Below are positions 1-8,698 of a stretch of 64,000 nucleotides of DNA, piece by piece. The notes beneath the pieces were generated by a model. The model was not told the DNA's origin, made no database searches, and worked only from the letters and a program-made list of their open reading frames with translations. Every line of letters begins with the position of its first letter. Positions within the stretch are counted from its first letter, which is position 1. The position numbers were made by a program, and so were the translations under genes. This DNA is from Oscillospiraceae bacterium (GTDB lineage: Bacteria; Bacillota; Clostridia; Oscillospirales; CAG-272), in the NCBI GenBank assembly GCA_015063535.1, contig SVTY01000002.1, positions 16,034-80,033 of the forward strand. Direction: 5' to 3'.

Positions 1-9
1 TAAGAAAAA

Positions 10-210
10 ATGCAAGTAACAAAAGAATCCATTATCGGCGACGTTTTGGATAACGCGCCCGGAACGGCTCAGTTTTTCCTTGAGATCGGCATGCATTGCT
101 TGGGTTGCCCCTCTGCCAGAGGCGAATCCATTGCCGATGCCTGCATGGTACACGGAACCGATGCCGATGCGCTGGTCAAAAAGATCAACGACTATCTGTC
201 GGCTCAGTAA
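10..210 (+). CDS. DUF1858-type small redox-disulfide domain protein
   Basis: 66-aa ORF with ATG at 10. The 'GMHCLGCPSA' CxxC core and size match my recollection of DUF1858 / hybrid-cluster-associated domain proteins. Confidence 0.7.
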   Translation: MQVTKESIIGDVLDNAPGTAQFFLEIGMHCLGCPSARGESIADACMVHGTDADALVKKINDYLSAQ

Positions 211-323
211 AAACGAATCCGAGCTTGTTGGGGACCCTGCCCGAGCCTGCCTTGCGTGTGGGTCGGACGGTGTCCCCCTTTGCAGAAATATCACAAAAAG
301 ATCAATATAGAAAAGAGAGTCTC

Positions 324-1031
324 ATGACCATACCGAAGCTAAGCAAACGCCTGCGCTGTGCCGCCGATCTTGTACGGAACGGCTCATTTATTGCGGACAT
401 TGGTACCGACCACGCCTATCTGCCCATCGCCCTTCTTGCCGAAGGGCGCATCCGAGGCGGCGTGGTATCCGATATTCACAAGGGTCCCATTGCCCGTGCC
501 ACCGAGCATATCCGTGCCTGCGGCATGGAGGGAAGACTTTTTCCCGTTCTGTGCGACGGCTTGAACGGCTTGGAGCATTATGCACCGCAGGACATTCTGA
601 TCCTTGGCATGGGCGGCGAGCTGATCGCCGACATCTTTGCAAGGGCTCCCTTGACCCGACGACCCGGCATTCGGCTGATCCTTCAGCCCATGACCCACCC
701 CGAACGCCTGCGGCGGTATCTGTATGGAGCGGGCTACACCGTTACCGAGGAGGCGTTGGTAGCCGAAGAAAAAATCTACCAGATCCTTTGCGCCGAATAT
801 ACGGGGCAGACCGAAGCACTCAGCGAGACAGAGGCGCTGTTCGGCAAGCACAATCTCCGACGGGGCGATGAGCTGACCGTAAAGCTGGTCACCGAGTGGG
901 AAGCGATCCTTACCAAGAGGCTTCGGGGAAAGCAATCGGCGGGAGCAGATGCCGCCGAGGAGCAAGCATTACTGAAAGAAATAGGAGAATGGAAGCATGA
1001 CTGTATCGGAACTGTATCAGAAGCTCAATGA
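324..1031 (+). CDS. trmK: tRNA (adenine22-N1)-methyltransferase TrmK
   Basis: ATG at 324 inside the longer 96..1031 ORF. Has the 'IADIGTDHAYLPI' SAM motif and 'GMGGELI'. Overlaps a downstream Nif3 gene, the usual Firmicutes pairing. Confidence 0.85.
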   Translation: MTIPKLSKRLRCAADLVRNGSFIADIGTDHAYLPIALLAEGRIRGGVVSDIHKGPIARATEHIRACGMEGRLFPVLCDGLNGLEHYAPQDILILGMGGELIADIFARAPLTRRPGIRLILQPMTHPERLRRYLYGAGYTVTEEALVAEEKIYQILCAEYTGQTEALSETEALFGKHNLRRGDELTVKLVTEWEAILTKRLRGKQSAGADAAEEQALLKEIGEWKHDCIGTVSEAQ

Positions 1032-1758
1032 GCAAATCCCTCCTTCCCTGTCCTGCGAATGGGACAATGACGGACTTTTGTGTTGCCCCGACGGAGGCAG
1101 AGAGGTCAAACGAGTCCTTATCGCCTTGGATGTCACCGAGGAAGCGGTAGAGCGAGCCGCCTCTGGCGGGTATGATGTCATCGTCTCTCACCACCCCTTG
1201 ATCTTCAAGGGGCTAAAGGCGATCACCCCCGAGCAATACATTGCCAAAAAGACGATCCGACTGATCCGTCACGGCATTTCAGTCATGTCCTTCCATACCC
1301 GCTTGGATGCGCTATCGGGCGGCGTCAACGACCGCCTTGCCGCTCTGTTGGGGATAGAAAACGCCGTGCCCTTCGGCGAGGAGGGCATCGGACGGATCGG
1401 AGACCTGCCCTGTGAGATATCGGCGGCGGACTTTGCCGCACGGGTAAAGGAACGGCTCCATGCACCCGTGGTACAGCTGGGAGATGCGGGTCTGCCCGTC
1501 CGCCGAGTGGCGGTTCTCGGAGGCGGCGGCAGTGACGATGCCCCTCTCGCCCAAGAGGCGGGTGCGGATACCTATGTCAGCGGCGAGATGAAATACCATC
1601 AGCTCTGCGACGCCCCCGAAGCGGGCATGAATCTCATTGAGGCGGGACATTTTTACACCGAACAGCCCGTGTGCGAACGGCTGCGGGAGCTGCTTCTCGC
1701 CATCGACCCCACCCTTAATTGCGATCTCTTTTTCAGCGATCGCATCCAAACTATATAA
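997..1758 (+). CDS. Nif3-like dinuclear metal centre protein (YqfO family)
   Basis: 253 aa with 'VIVSHHPLIF', 'SFHTRLD' and 'AGHFYTE' motifs. 35-bp overlap with trmK. Confidence 0.85.
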   Translation: MTVSELYQKLNEQIPPSLSCEWDNDGLLCCPDGGREVKRVLIALDVTEEAVERAASGGYDVIVSHHPLIFKGLKAITPEQYIAKKTIRLIRHGISVMSFHTRLDALSGGVNDRLAALLGIENAVPFGEEGIGRIGDLPCEISAADFAARVKERLHAPVVQLGDAGLPVRRVAVLGGGGSDDAPLAQEAGADTYVSGEMKYHQLCDAPEAGMNLIEAGHFYTEQPVCERLRELLLAIDPTLNCDLFFSDRIQTI

Positions 1759-1797
1759 AAATCGGAGGAGCCCCCTCCCGAAAGGAAACGTAAAACT

Positions 1798-2490
1798 ATG
1801 ACTTATGTTGTATCCAACCTTCACGGTTGCTTTGAAAAATTCACTCGCCTGCTCAAGGAGATCCGCTTCACGGACAATGACGTGATGTATGTCTTGGGCG
1901 ATATCGTGGACATGGGCGAGGAGCCTATGGAGCTGCTCTGCGACCTGAGCATGCGCTTCAATGTTATTCCCATCTTGGGCGACTGCGACTACCGAGCCCT
2001 TCGCCTGCTGACCGAGCTGGACAAGCTGTTGCGGGACGGCGGTGCGCCCGACCCCGAGATTTTGGGCGAGATGACCGCATGGATCGGAGAGGGCGGCGCC
2101 AAGACCATGGAGGGCTTCAAGGCACTCGACGACGATATGAAGGAGGGAGTCCTAGAATATCTGTCGGATATGTCGCTGTATGAGGAGGTAGAGGCGGGCG
2201 GCAAACGCTACCTCCTGCTCCATGCGGGTATTGCCGACTTCGACCCCGCCACACCGTTGGAGGACTATATGCCCGAGGACTTCATCCGAGAGGCGCTTGA
2301 TCCCGATACGCCCTACTTTGACGACGTGACCGTCGTTGCGGGACATGTTCCCACCTATACGCTCCCGAATGCCGAAAAGGGCAGAATCTATCGGGGAGAA
2401 GGCTGTATCCTCATCGACTGCGGTGCCGCCTTTGACGAGCCTCTTGGCTGTCTGTGTCTGGAAAACGGACGGGAATTTTACGTTTCATGA
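1798..2490 (+). CDS. metallophosphoesterase (calcineurin-like Ser/Thr phosphatase family)
   Basis: 230 aa with 'VLGDIVDMG' and 'GHVPT' metal-ligand motifs. RBS-like GGAAA upstream. Confidence 0.75.
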   Translation: MTYVVSNLHGCFEKFTRLLKEIRFTDNDVMYVLGDIVDMGEEPMELLCDLSMRFNVIPILGDCDYRALRLLTELDKLLRDGGAPDPEILGEMTAWIGEGGAKTMEGFKALDDDMKEGVLEYLSDMSLYEEVEAGGKRYLLLHAGIADFDPATPLEDYMPEDFIREALDPDTPYFDDVTVVAGHVPTYTLPNAEKGRIYRGEGCILIDCGAAFDEPLGCLCLENGREFYVS

Positions 2491-3854
2491 AGAAAAACGA
2501 CTTTCTTACCCTCACCGTAGATGACCTGAACAACCTTGGCTGCGGTGTCGGTCATGCCCCTGACGGGCGGGCGGTGTTCGTCAAGGGTGCCGTCACGGGC
2601 GACACGGTACGGGTCAAGATCATCAAGGTCAATCAAAGCTACTGCGTAGCACGTCTCGAGGAGCTTCTCTCCCCCTCTCCGTATCGGCTCACAGCCGAGC
2701 ATTGTACGGCTCCCCTTTCCTGCGGCGGCTGTGTTTACCGCCATATTACCTATGAGCATGAGCTGGATCGGAAGCGATCCTATGTGGAGCATGCCTTTCG
2801 CAAGGCGGGGCTTGCTTCTGTGACCGTCCTACCCGTCAGAGCCACGAAGCAGATCTTTGGCTACCGCAATAAGGGGCAGTATCCTCTGCTCCAAACCAAG
2901 GAGGGCGTTCGGGCAGGCTTTTACGCCACGGGAACCCATCGGGTCATCTCCGCCGACGGATGTGCCATCCAGAATCCCGCCTTTGCCCCCATCGTTGCGT
3001 TCGTTTGCTCCTATGCCGATAAGGCAGGCTGGAGCGTGTATGACGAAATAACGGGCAAGGGGCTGTTGCGCCATATTTATCTGCGGATCGGCGAGCAGAC
3101 GGGCGAGATCATGGTCTGCCTTGTAATCAACGGCGACCGCCTGCCGAACGGAGAGGCGTTTGCGAAAGCTCTTTGCGAAGCCTTCCCCGCCGTCGTCGGC
3201 GTGCTGACCAATATCAATCGGGAAAACACCAATGTGGTGCTGGGCAAGAGCTATACCACCCTGCGGGGCAAAGCGTTTATTGAAGACGAGCTGTGCGGCC
3301 TTTGCTTCCGTATCAGCCCCGATTCCTTCTATCAGGTCAACCGCAAGGGTGCCGAATTGCTGTACGGCTTGGCGGCGGATTCGGCAGATCTGCAAGGAAA
3401 CGAGACTCTGCTTGACCTCTACTGCGGCACGGGAACCATCGGACTTTCCATGGCAAGCCGTGTCAAGCGGGTGCTTGGTGCCGAGATCGTTCCCGCCGCC
3501 GTGGCATGCGCCAAGGAGAATGCGGCACGCAACAAAATTGCCAATGCCGAATTTTTCTGCGCCGATGCGGGAGATCGGGAGACCATTCTCCGCATGACAG
3601 GCGGAGAACGCCCCGATGTCGTCGTCATCGACCCACCCCGCAAGGGAAGCACCAAAGCCTTGGCAGAATGCCTCGCCTCTTTGGAGGTACCCAAGATCGT
3701 CTATGTCTCCTGCGCCCCCGATACACTGGCAAGAGATTGTAAATGGTTCTCGGAAGCGGGTTATACAATTGGTTCCGTTCAGCCTGTCGATATGTTTCCG
3801 AGAACAGGGCACGTCGAGTCCGTCGTGTGCCTCACACGCACTTTCAACAACTAA
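2487..3854 (+). CDS. rlmD: 23S rRNA (uracil-C5)-methyltransferase, RumA/RlmD family with TRAM domain
   Basis: ATG at 2487 overlaps the upstream stop (ATGA). Has an N-terminal TRAM-like segment, a Cys cluster 'CGGCVY', the SAM motif 'LDLYCGTGTIG' and catalytic 'YVSCAP'. Confidence 0.9.
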   Translation: MKKNDFLTLTVDDLNNLGCGVGHAPDGRAVFVKGAVTGDTVRVKIIKVNQSYCVARLEELLSPSPYRLTAEHCTAPLSCGGCVYRHITYEHELDRKRSYVEHAFRKAGLASVTVLPVRATKQIFGYRNKGQYPLLQTKEGVRAGFYATGTHRVISADGCAIQNPAFAPIVAFVCSYADKAGWSVYDEITGKGLLRHIYLRIGEQTGEIMVCLVINGDRLPNGEAFAKALCEAFPAVVGVLTNINRENTNVVLGKSYTTLRGKAFIEDELCGLCFRISPDSFYQVNRKGAELLYGLAADSADLQGNETLLDLYCGTGTIGLSMASRVKRVLGAEIVPAAVACAKENAARNKIANAEFFCADAGDRETILRMTGGERPDVVVIDPPRKGSTKALAECLASLEVPKIVYVSCAPDTLARDCKWFSEAGYTIGSVQPVDMFPRTGHVESVVCLTRTFNN

Positions 3855-3872
3855 GTTTGCTTTTACGGGTAC

Positions 3873-3928
3873 ATCCTTAAGCCTTCCCTTGTCAGGGAAG
3901 GGGGACCGCATAGCGGTGGATGAGTAGT
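3873..3928. repeat. left arm of the inverted repeat enclosing the DUF559 gene
   Basis: ATCCTTAAGCCTTCCCTTGTCAGGGAAGGGGGACCGCATAGCGGTGGATGAGTAGT. Its reverse-complement partner lies at 4333-4390. The arm itself folds as two hairpins. Confidence 0.8.
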
Positions 3929-3948
3929 CCATACATACGAGGTAACAA

Positions 3949-4320
3949 ATGAAAGCATATAACAAAGCTTTGGTCAGCAATGCACAGGCTCTACGAAAAA
4001 ACATGACGCCCGAAGAAAAGCACCTTTGGTATGATTTTCTTAAGCGGTTACCAATGAAGGCGCACAGACAATATAACATTGGAAACTATATCGTTGATTT
4101 TTATATTCCCAAAAAACAACTTGTTATAGAAATTGACGGAATACAGCATCTAACTGAAGAACATAAAGAAAAAGACCAAACAAGAGATAAATTTCTTGAA
4201 GGACAAGGCTTGAGGGTACTAAGAGGTCCAAACGAGAGCATACGTAAAAATTTTGCCGATGTGTGTCAAGTCATACTAAATCACATCGACGTTAACTTTG
4301 AGGATTTAAAAGAAAGTTAA
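3949..4320 (+). CDS. DUF559 (Vsr-like) endonuclease domain protein
   Basis: 123 aa with 'MTPEEKHLWYDFL', 'IVDFY' and 'VIEIDGIQH' motifs of the DUF559 family. RBS GAGGT. AT-richer than the flanks. Confidence 0.8.
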   Translation: MKAYNKALVSNAQALRKNMTPEEKHLWYDFLKRLPMKAHRQYNIGNYIVDFYIPKKQLVIEIDGIQHLTEEHKEKDQTRDKFLEGQGLRVLRGPNESIRKNFADVCQVILNHIDVNFEDLKES

Positions 4321-4332
4321 GTTGTGTGAAAA

Positions 4333-4390
4333 ACTACTCATCCGTCACGGCTTCGCCGTGCCACCTTCCCTAACAAGGGAAGGCTTGGAT
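4333..4390. repeat. right arm of the inverted repeat enclosing the DUF559 gene
   Basis: ACTACTCATCCGTCACGGCTTCGCCGTGCCACCTTCCCTAACAAGGGAAGGCTTGGAT, the imperfect reverse complement of 3873-3928. Confidence 0.8.
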
Positions 4391-4514
4391 GCGAACTCGC
4401 CTCTGCTCATCGTCAATTTCCGAGCAAAGCTCGAAAGTTTATTTTGCAGCAATTTAATTCTTGACCCATGTCGAAAGTGTCGTTTGCCTGACGAGGAAAT
4501 AAAGGAGAACCCCG

Positions 4515-5180
4515 ATGAAATTAATTTTTAGTGCGCTCACAAAATACATAATGGGACTTATTTTACTCAGTGCGCTTTTGTTTCTTCCCGCATGGACGCT
4601 GAACTTTTTCGGTGCGTGGTTGTTTCTCGCACTGTTGTTTATCCCCATGCTGATTATGGGAACCGTCCTTCTCGTAAAGGAGCCTAACCTTCTTGAAAAG
4701 CGGCTGAACAATAAAGAAAAAGAAAAAACACAACAGGGTGTTGTCGCACTTTCAGGGTTAATGTTTCCAATAGGCTTTGTTGTATCGGCACTTGATTTTC
4801 GCTTTGCTTGGTCAAGCGTGCCGACATGGCTCGTGACCGTCGCCTCTGTGCTGTTCCTGCTTGGCTACGGCATGTACGCCGAGGTCATGCGGGAAAATGC
4901 CTATCTGTCCCGCACAGTGGAGGTGCAACAGGATCAAACGGTCATCAGCACAGGATTATACGGCATCGTCCGTCATCCGATGTATCTGGCAACACTTTTT
5001 ATGTTTCTGCCGCTTCCCTTGATTCTCGGCTCATTTTGGGGGTTGATCCCCTTTGCGCTATATCCCGTTGTGACCGTTATCCGCATTTTAAATGAAGAAA
5101 AGGTTTTGACAGAAGGGCTTGAAGGATACGCAGAATACAAAACGAAAGTTAAATATCGCTTGATACCGTTTATTTGGTGA
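4515..5180 (+). CDS. isoprenylcysteine carboxyl / phospholipid methyltransferase family membrane protein
   Basis: 221 aa with multiple hydrophobic segments and an 'RHPMYLA' motif. RBS AAGGAG. Confidence 0.7.
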   Translation: MKLIFSALTKYIMGLILLSALLFLPAWTLNFFGAWLFLALLFIPMLIMGTVLLVKEPNLLEKRLNNKEKEKTQQGVVALSGLMFPIGFVVSALDFRFAWSSVPTWLVTVASVLFLLGYGMYAEVMRENAYLSRTVEVQQDQTVISTGLYGIVRHPMYLATLFMFLPLPLILGSFWGLIPFALYPVVTVIRILNEEKVLTEGLEGYAEYKTKVKYRLIPFIW

Positions 5181-5322
5181 CAATAGCTGTTTTCCTCCCT
5201 TGAGGGAACTCGAATGATTGCCTTGCATACGCCCAACAAAACAAACCACGAGCGTCTTGCGGTTTACAAATTTTGAGAGTACGAAACAGTACCGTTTCTC
5301 TCGCACAGAAAGGAAATCCATC

Positions 5323-6261
5323 ATGAAAAAAATAGAACTGATCTTAGACACCGACATAGGCGGCGATTGCGACGATATGATGGCACTGGCGTATCTGGTA
5401 TACGCCACACGGTATCGCAACGTGGAGCTGAAGGCGATCACCCATTGCAACGGCTGTCCGCACGGTGCCGAGCTGATCCAAAGCTTTTTTGAATTTTTGG
5501 GTGAGAAGGTTCCTCCCATCGGACACGCAGCCAAGGGCACCAAGGCGTTTGACACATATGCCTCTCTCGTTACCGAACGCTTCGGCGTATCCGAAAAAAT
5601 GCCGACAGCCGATGCCGTCACGACCCTGCGGCGAGCCTTAGCGGAAAGCGACAAGGCAGTGTTGTGCGCCATCGGGCCCCTGACCAACATTGCCGCTCTC
5701 TTGGAGAGCAAGGGCGATGAGATCAGCCCCTTGGACGGTGCATCTCTGATACGGGAGCATTGTGAGAAGCTGGTCTTGATGGCAGGTGGCTTTGTCCCGG
5801 GCGAGGACGGACGGAACAGACCCGAATTTAATGCCTATGTGGACATCGAAGCCACACAAAAGACCGTTGCACTCTGCCCGATCCCCATGGTCTTTTTGCC
5901 CTTTGAGACAGGTCTTGATATGCTGACCGGCAAGCCGATGATGGATACCTTCCATGACACAACCCCCCTTTCCCTGTCCTTTGTCAGCCACGGTCACACA
6001 AAAGAGCATGGCGGCAGACATTCTTGGGATCCCGCCACCGTGTTGTATGTGGTGGAGGGACTTGCCGATCGCTTTAAGGAAAGCGAGGGCGGACGGGTCA
6101 CGGTGGACGGCGAGGGTCGAACCACCCTTGTACCCGAAAAGAACGGAATACACAGCGTGCTGACCGTCAAGACCCACGACGGCATAAGCGAATCAGACTG
6201 CAAAGCCCGCATTGCCGCCTATATCGATGCCTGCGCCATGAAGGTGCATGAAGGTATATGA
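5323..6261 (+). CDS. nucleoside hydrolase (inosine/uridine-preferring family)
   Basis: ATG at 5323 with RBS AGGAAA. Has the N-terminal 'DTDIGGDCDD' aspartate cluster characteristic of IUNH enzymes. Confidence 0.8.
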   Translation: MKKIELILDTDIGGDCDDMMALAYLVYATRYRNVELKAITHCNGCPHGAELIQSFFEFLGEKVPPIGHAAKGTKAFDTYASLVTERFGVSEKMPTADAVTTLRRALAESDKAVLCAIGPLTNIAALLESKGDEISPLDGASLIREHCEKLVLMAGGFVPGEDGRNRPEFNAYVDIEATQKTVALCPIPMVFLPFETGLDMLTGKPMMDTFHDTTPLSLSFVSHGHTKEHGGRHSWDPATVLYVVEGLADRFKESEGGRVTVDGEGRTTLVPEKNGIHSVLTVKTHDGISESDCKARIAAYIDACAMKVHEGI

Positions 6262-6262
6262 C

Positions 6263-7036
6263 ATGAAACGGTTTTGCTTTACGGTAGATGATAATATCCG
6301 TGTTCTGCGTGAGCTGACCGAGAGCGGCTGTAACAGCCTATTCGACCATCCCTACCTTAGCATGTACCGACGCTTGCATGAAAAATACGCCTTGAAGGTA
6401 CAGCTGAACCTGTTTTACGAAATGGCAGGCTTTGATCTGTCCCGTATGACCGACCGATACCGCACCGAATGGCAGGCAAACGCCGATTGGCTAAAGCTGT
6501 CCTTTCATTCCAAAAAGGAAAACGTCAATCCCTATGAGCAGGCGGGATACAAAGAGGTAGCCGCCGACTGTCAGGCGGTGCATCGGGAAATTCTCCGCTT
6601 TGCGGGAAAAGCCTCTTTGGCAAAAACCACCACGATCCACTACTGCCGTACCACCGAAGAAGGCTTGAATGCCCTACGGGATCAAGGCGTTTTGGGATTG
6701 CTCGGCTTGTACGGAACCGAGGAAAATCCCCGTATCTCCTATGGGGTCAGCGAAGCGGAGGGCAACAGGATCCGTCGGGGAGAGATGCTCCTATGCGACG
6801 GAATGGCACACGGAAGCATTGATCTGGTGCTGAACCTCTATGGCAAGGAGGATGCACTTGAGCGGCTGAGCCACTTCACAGACCGACCGCTGATAAAGGT
6901 CATGATCCACGAGCAATACTTTTACCCCGACTATCCCCGCTACCAACCCGATTTCGAAGAAAAGCTGTCGGCAGTCTTTGACATGCTGACAAGTCAAGGC
7001 TATACAAGCGTATTTTTTGAAGCGTGCTTGGAATAA
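6263..7036 (+). CDS. hypothetical protein, possibly a polysaccharide-deacetylase-like fold
   Basis: ATG at 6263 lies 2 nt after the upstream stop, with GAAGG 8 nt upstream; an alternative start is 6248. 'FTVDDN' resembles the NodB 'TFDD' motif. Function not recognised. Confidence 0.5.
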   Translation: MKRFCFTVDDNIRVLRELTESGCNSLFDHPYLSMYRRLHEKYALKVQLNLFYEMAGFDLSRMTDRYRTEWQANADWLKLSFHSKKENVNPYEQAGYKEVAADCQAVHREILRFAGKASLAKTTTIHYCRTTEEGLNALRDQGVLGLLGLYGTEENPRISYGVSEAEGNRIRRGEMLLCDGMAHGSIDLVLNLYGKEDALERLSHFTDRPLIKVMIHEQYFYPDYPRYQPDFEEKLSAVFDMLTSQGYTSVFFEACLE

Positions 7037-7065
7037 AAACACTTAGACAGAAAAAGGAGACTGTT

Positions 7066-7866
7066 ATGAAATTCAAAATCGACCACGACTATCACATCCA
7101 CTCCCACATTTCTCTTTGTTGCCACGAGCCGGAGCAAAACAACGAACGGATCCTGCAATACGCCAAAGACAACGGACTGCGCCGTATCATTCTGACCGAT
7201 CACTATTGGGATGAAGCGGTACCCGATGCCTCCGGCTGGTACCGCAAGCAGGGCTTTGCGCACATTTCCCAAGCACTTCCCCTGCCCCAAGCGGAGGGGA
7301 TCGAATTTCTGTTCGGATGCGAGACCGACATGAACAAGGACATGACCGTCGGCATTCCTCCCGAGCGATGGAAGGATTTTTCCTTCGTGCTGATCCCCAC
7401 CACCCACCTGCATATGGTCGGCTTTACCTTTCCCGCCGAAGAGGCAGACAGCCATGAGGCCAGAGCCGCACAGTGGGTCAAGCGATTGGAAGCACTGTTG
7501 GCTATGCCTCTGCCCTTTGGCAAAATGGGGATCCCTCACCTTACCTGCGATCTGTTGGACAACCGCTCCCGTGAAGATTATCTCACTACACTCTCTTTGA
7601 TCGGCGATGACGATATGGAGCGTTTGTTTGCTAAAGTAGCCCTGCTTGGCTGCGGCATCGAATTGAATCAATCGGATATGAGCTTTTCCGATGCAGAAGC
7701 CGATACCGTTTTACGCCCCTACCGAATTGCCAAGGGCTGCGGCTGTAAGTTCTTCTTAGGAAGCGATTCCCATAGGTCAAAAACCCTTCAGACCGCAAAA
7801 GCCGTTTTTGAGAGAGCCATCGACCTGTTGGCGCTCACGGAATCCGATAAATTTTACATTTCATAA
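7066..7866 (+). CDS. PHP (polymerase/histidinol phosphatase) domain protein
   Basis: ATG at 7066 with RBS AAGGAG. Has a 'DYHIHSH' N-terminal metal motif and 'LTDHYWD'. Confidence 0.75.
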   Translation: MKFKIDHDYHIHSHISLCCHEPEQNNERILQYAKDNGLRRIILTDHYWDEAVPDASGWYRKQGFAHISQALPLPQAEGIEFLFGCETDMNKDMTVGIPPERWKDFSFVLIPTTHLHMVGFTFPAEEADSHEARAAQWVKRLEALLAMPLPFGKMGIPHLTCDLLDNRSREDYLTTLSLIGDDDMERLFAKVALLGCGIELNQSDMSFSDAEADTVLRPYRIAKGCGCKFFLGSDSHRSKTLQTAKAVFERAIDLLALTESDKFYIS

Positions 7867-7906
7867 AATCTGCGCCGTGCCATACAGTAAAAAAGGAGAC
7901 AATACC

Positions 7907-8689
7907 ATGCTATTCGATCTGCACGCTCATTCATCGGGCATCAGCCATTGCTGCCGCATTCCCGCCGAAGAGGTCATACACCGAGCCTTGGCGGTGGGGC
8001 TTGACGGAATCGTTCTGACCAATCACTATCAAGACCTTCGCAACTATTTCAATGGGGGGTCCTGTGACGACTTTGCCCGCCGCTATGTGGCGGAATATGA
8101 GTATGCCAAACAATGGGGCGAAAAGCTTGGCTGTCGGGTATTGTTCGGCGTAGAAGTGACCATGGAACAGTACAACAACGAGCATTTGCTGGTTTACGGC
8201 GTTTCCCCCAACTTCGTTCTTGTCCACCCCGACCTGTACGATATGACGCAAAAAGACCTATACGCCGCCGTCAAGGCGGAAGGCGGTGCTGTCATTCAGG
8301 CACATTCACTGCGAAAGGGAAGCAATGTTCTGATGGATCCCTCCTTCCTTGACGGCGTTGAGTTGAACTGCCATCCGGGATATGACGGAACCCACGCTGA
8401 GGAATTGGCGGAATTTGCCGTGAAACACGGATCGATCCTCACCTGCGGCGGCGACTACCATGCCGACACCTACCGCCCCCATTGCGGCGTCTCCCTGCCC
8501 GATACGGTGCAGACCGAGGCAGACCTTGCCGCCTACCTGCGCAACACCGAACAGATCGACCTGCGTATCCATGAGCCTAACTCTCAGGAATATACCGAGC
8601 TGACCTTCTTGCGTGGAAAAGGATTGATCAAGCCCACAGTCTATCCCTTGTCGCAAAAGGATATCGAAAAAGAGATTCAATTTACTTAA
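7907..8689 (+). CDS. PHP domain protein (second paralogue)
   Basis: ATG at 7907 with RBS AAGGAG. Has 'FDLHAHSS', 'LTNHY' and 'GGDYHAD' motifs. Confidence 0.75.
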   Translation: MLFDLHAHSSGISHCCRIPAEEVIHRALAVGLDGIVLTNHYQDLRNYFNGGSCDDFARRYVAEYEYAKQWGEKLGCRVLFGVEVTMEQYNNEHLLVYGVSPNFVLVHPDLYDMTQKDLYAAVKAEGGAVIQAHSLRKGSNVLMDPSFLDGVELNCHPGYDGTHAEELAEFAVKHGSILTCGGDYHADTYRPHCGVSLPDTVQTEADLAAYLRNTEQIDLRIHEPNSQEYTELTFLRGKGLIKPTVYPLSQKDIEKEIQFT

Positions 8690-8698
8690 GGAGCCGAT

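Noticed and set aside
2829-4079. 416-aa minus-strand ORF antisense to rlmD. Similar long antisense ORFs are 384..965, 16906..17865, 17918..18772, 20193..21065, 21823..22662, 31802..33133, 33061..34149, 34203..35336, 36107..37144, 50278..51438, 52324..54465 and 55726..57120.
   Set aside because: Each lies opposite a gene with clear family motifs. They show Arg/Gly/Ala/Pro-rich shadow-frame composition typical of GC-rich coding DNA and lack a convincing RBS or recognisable domains.
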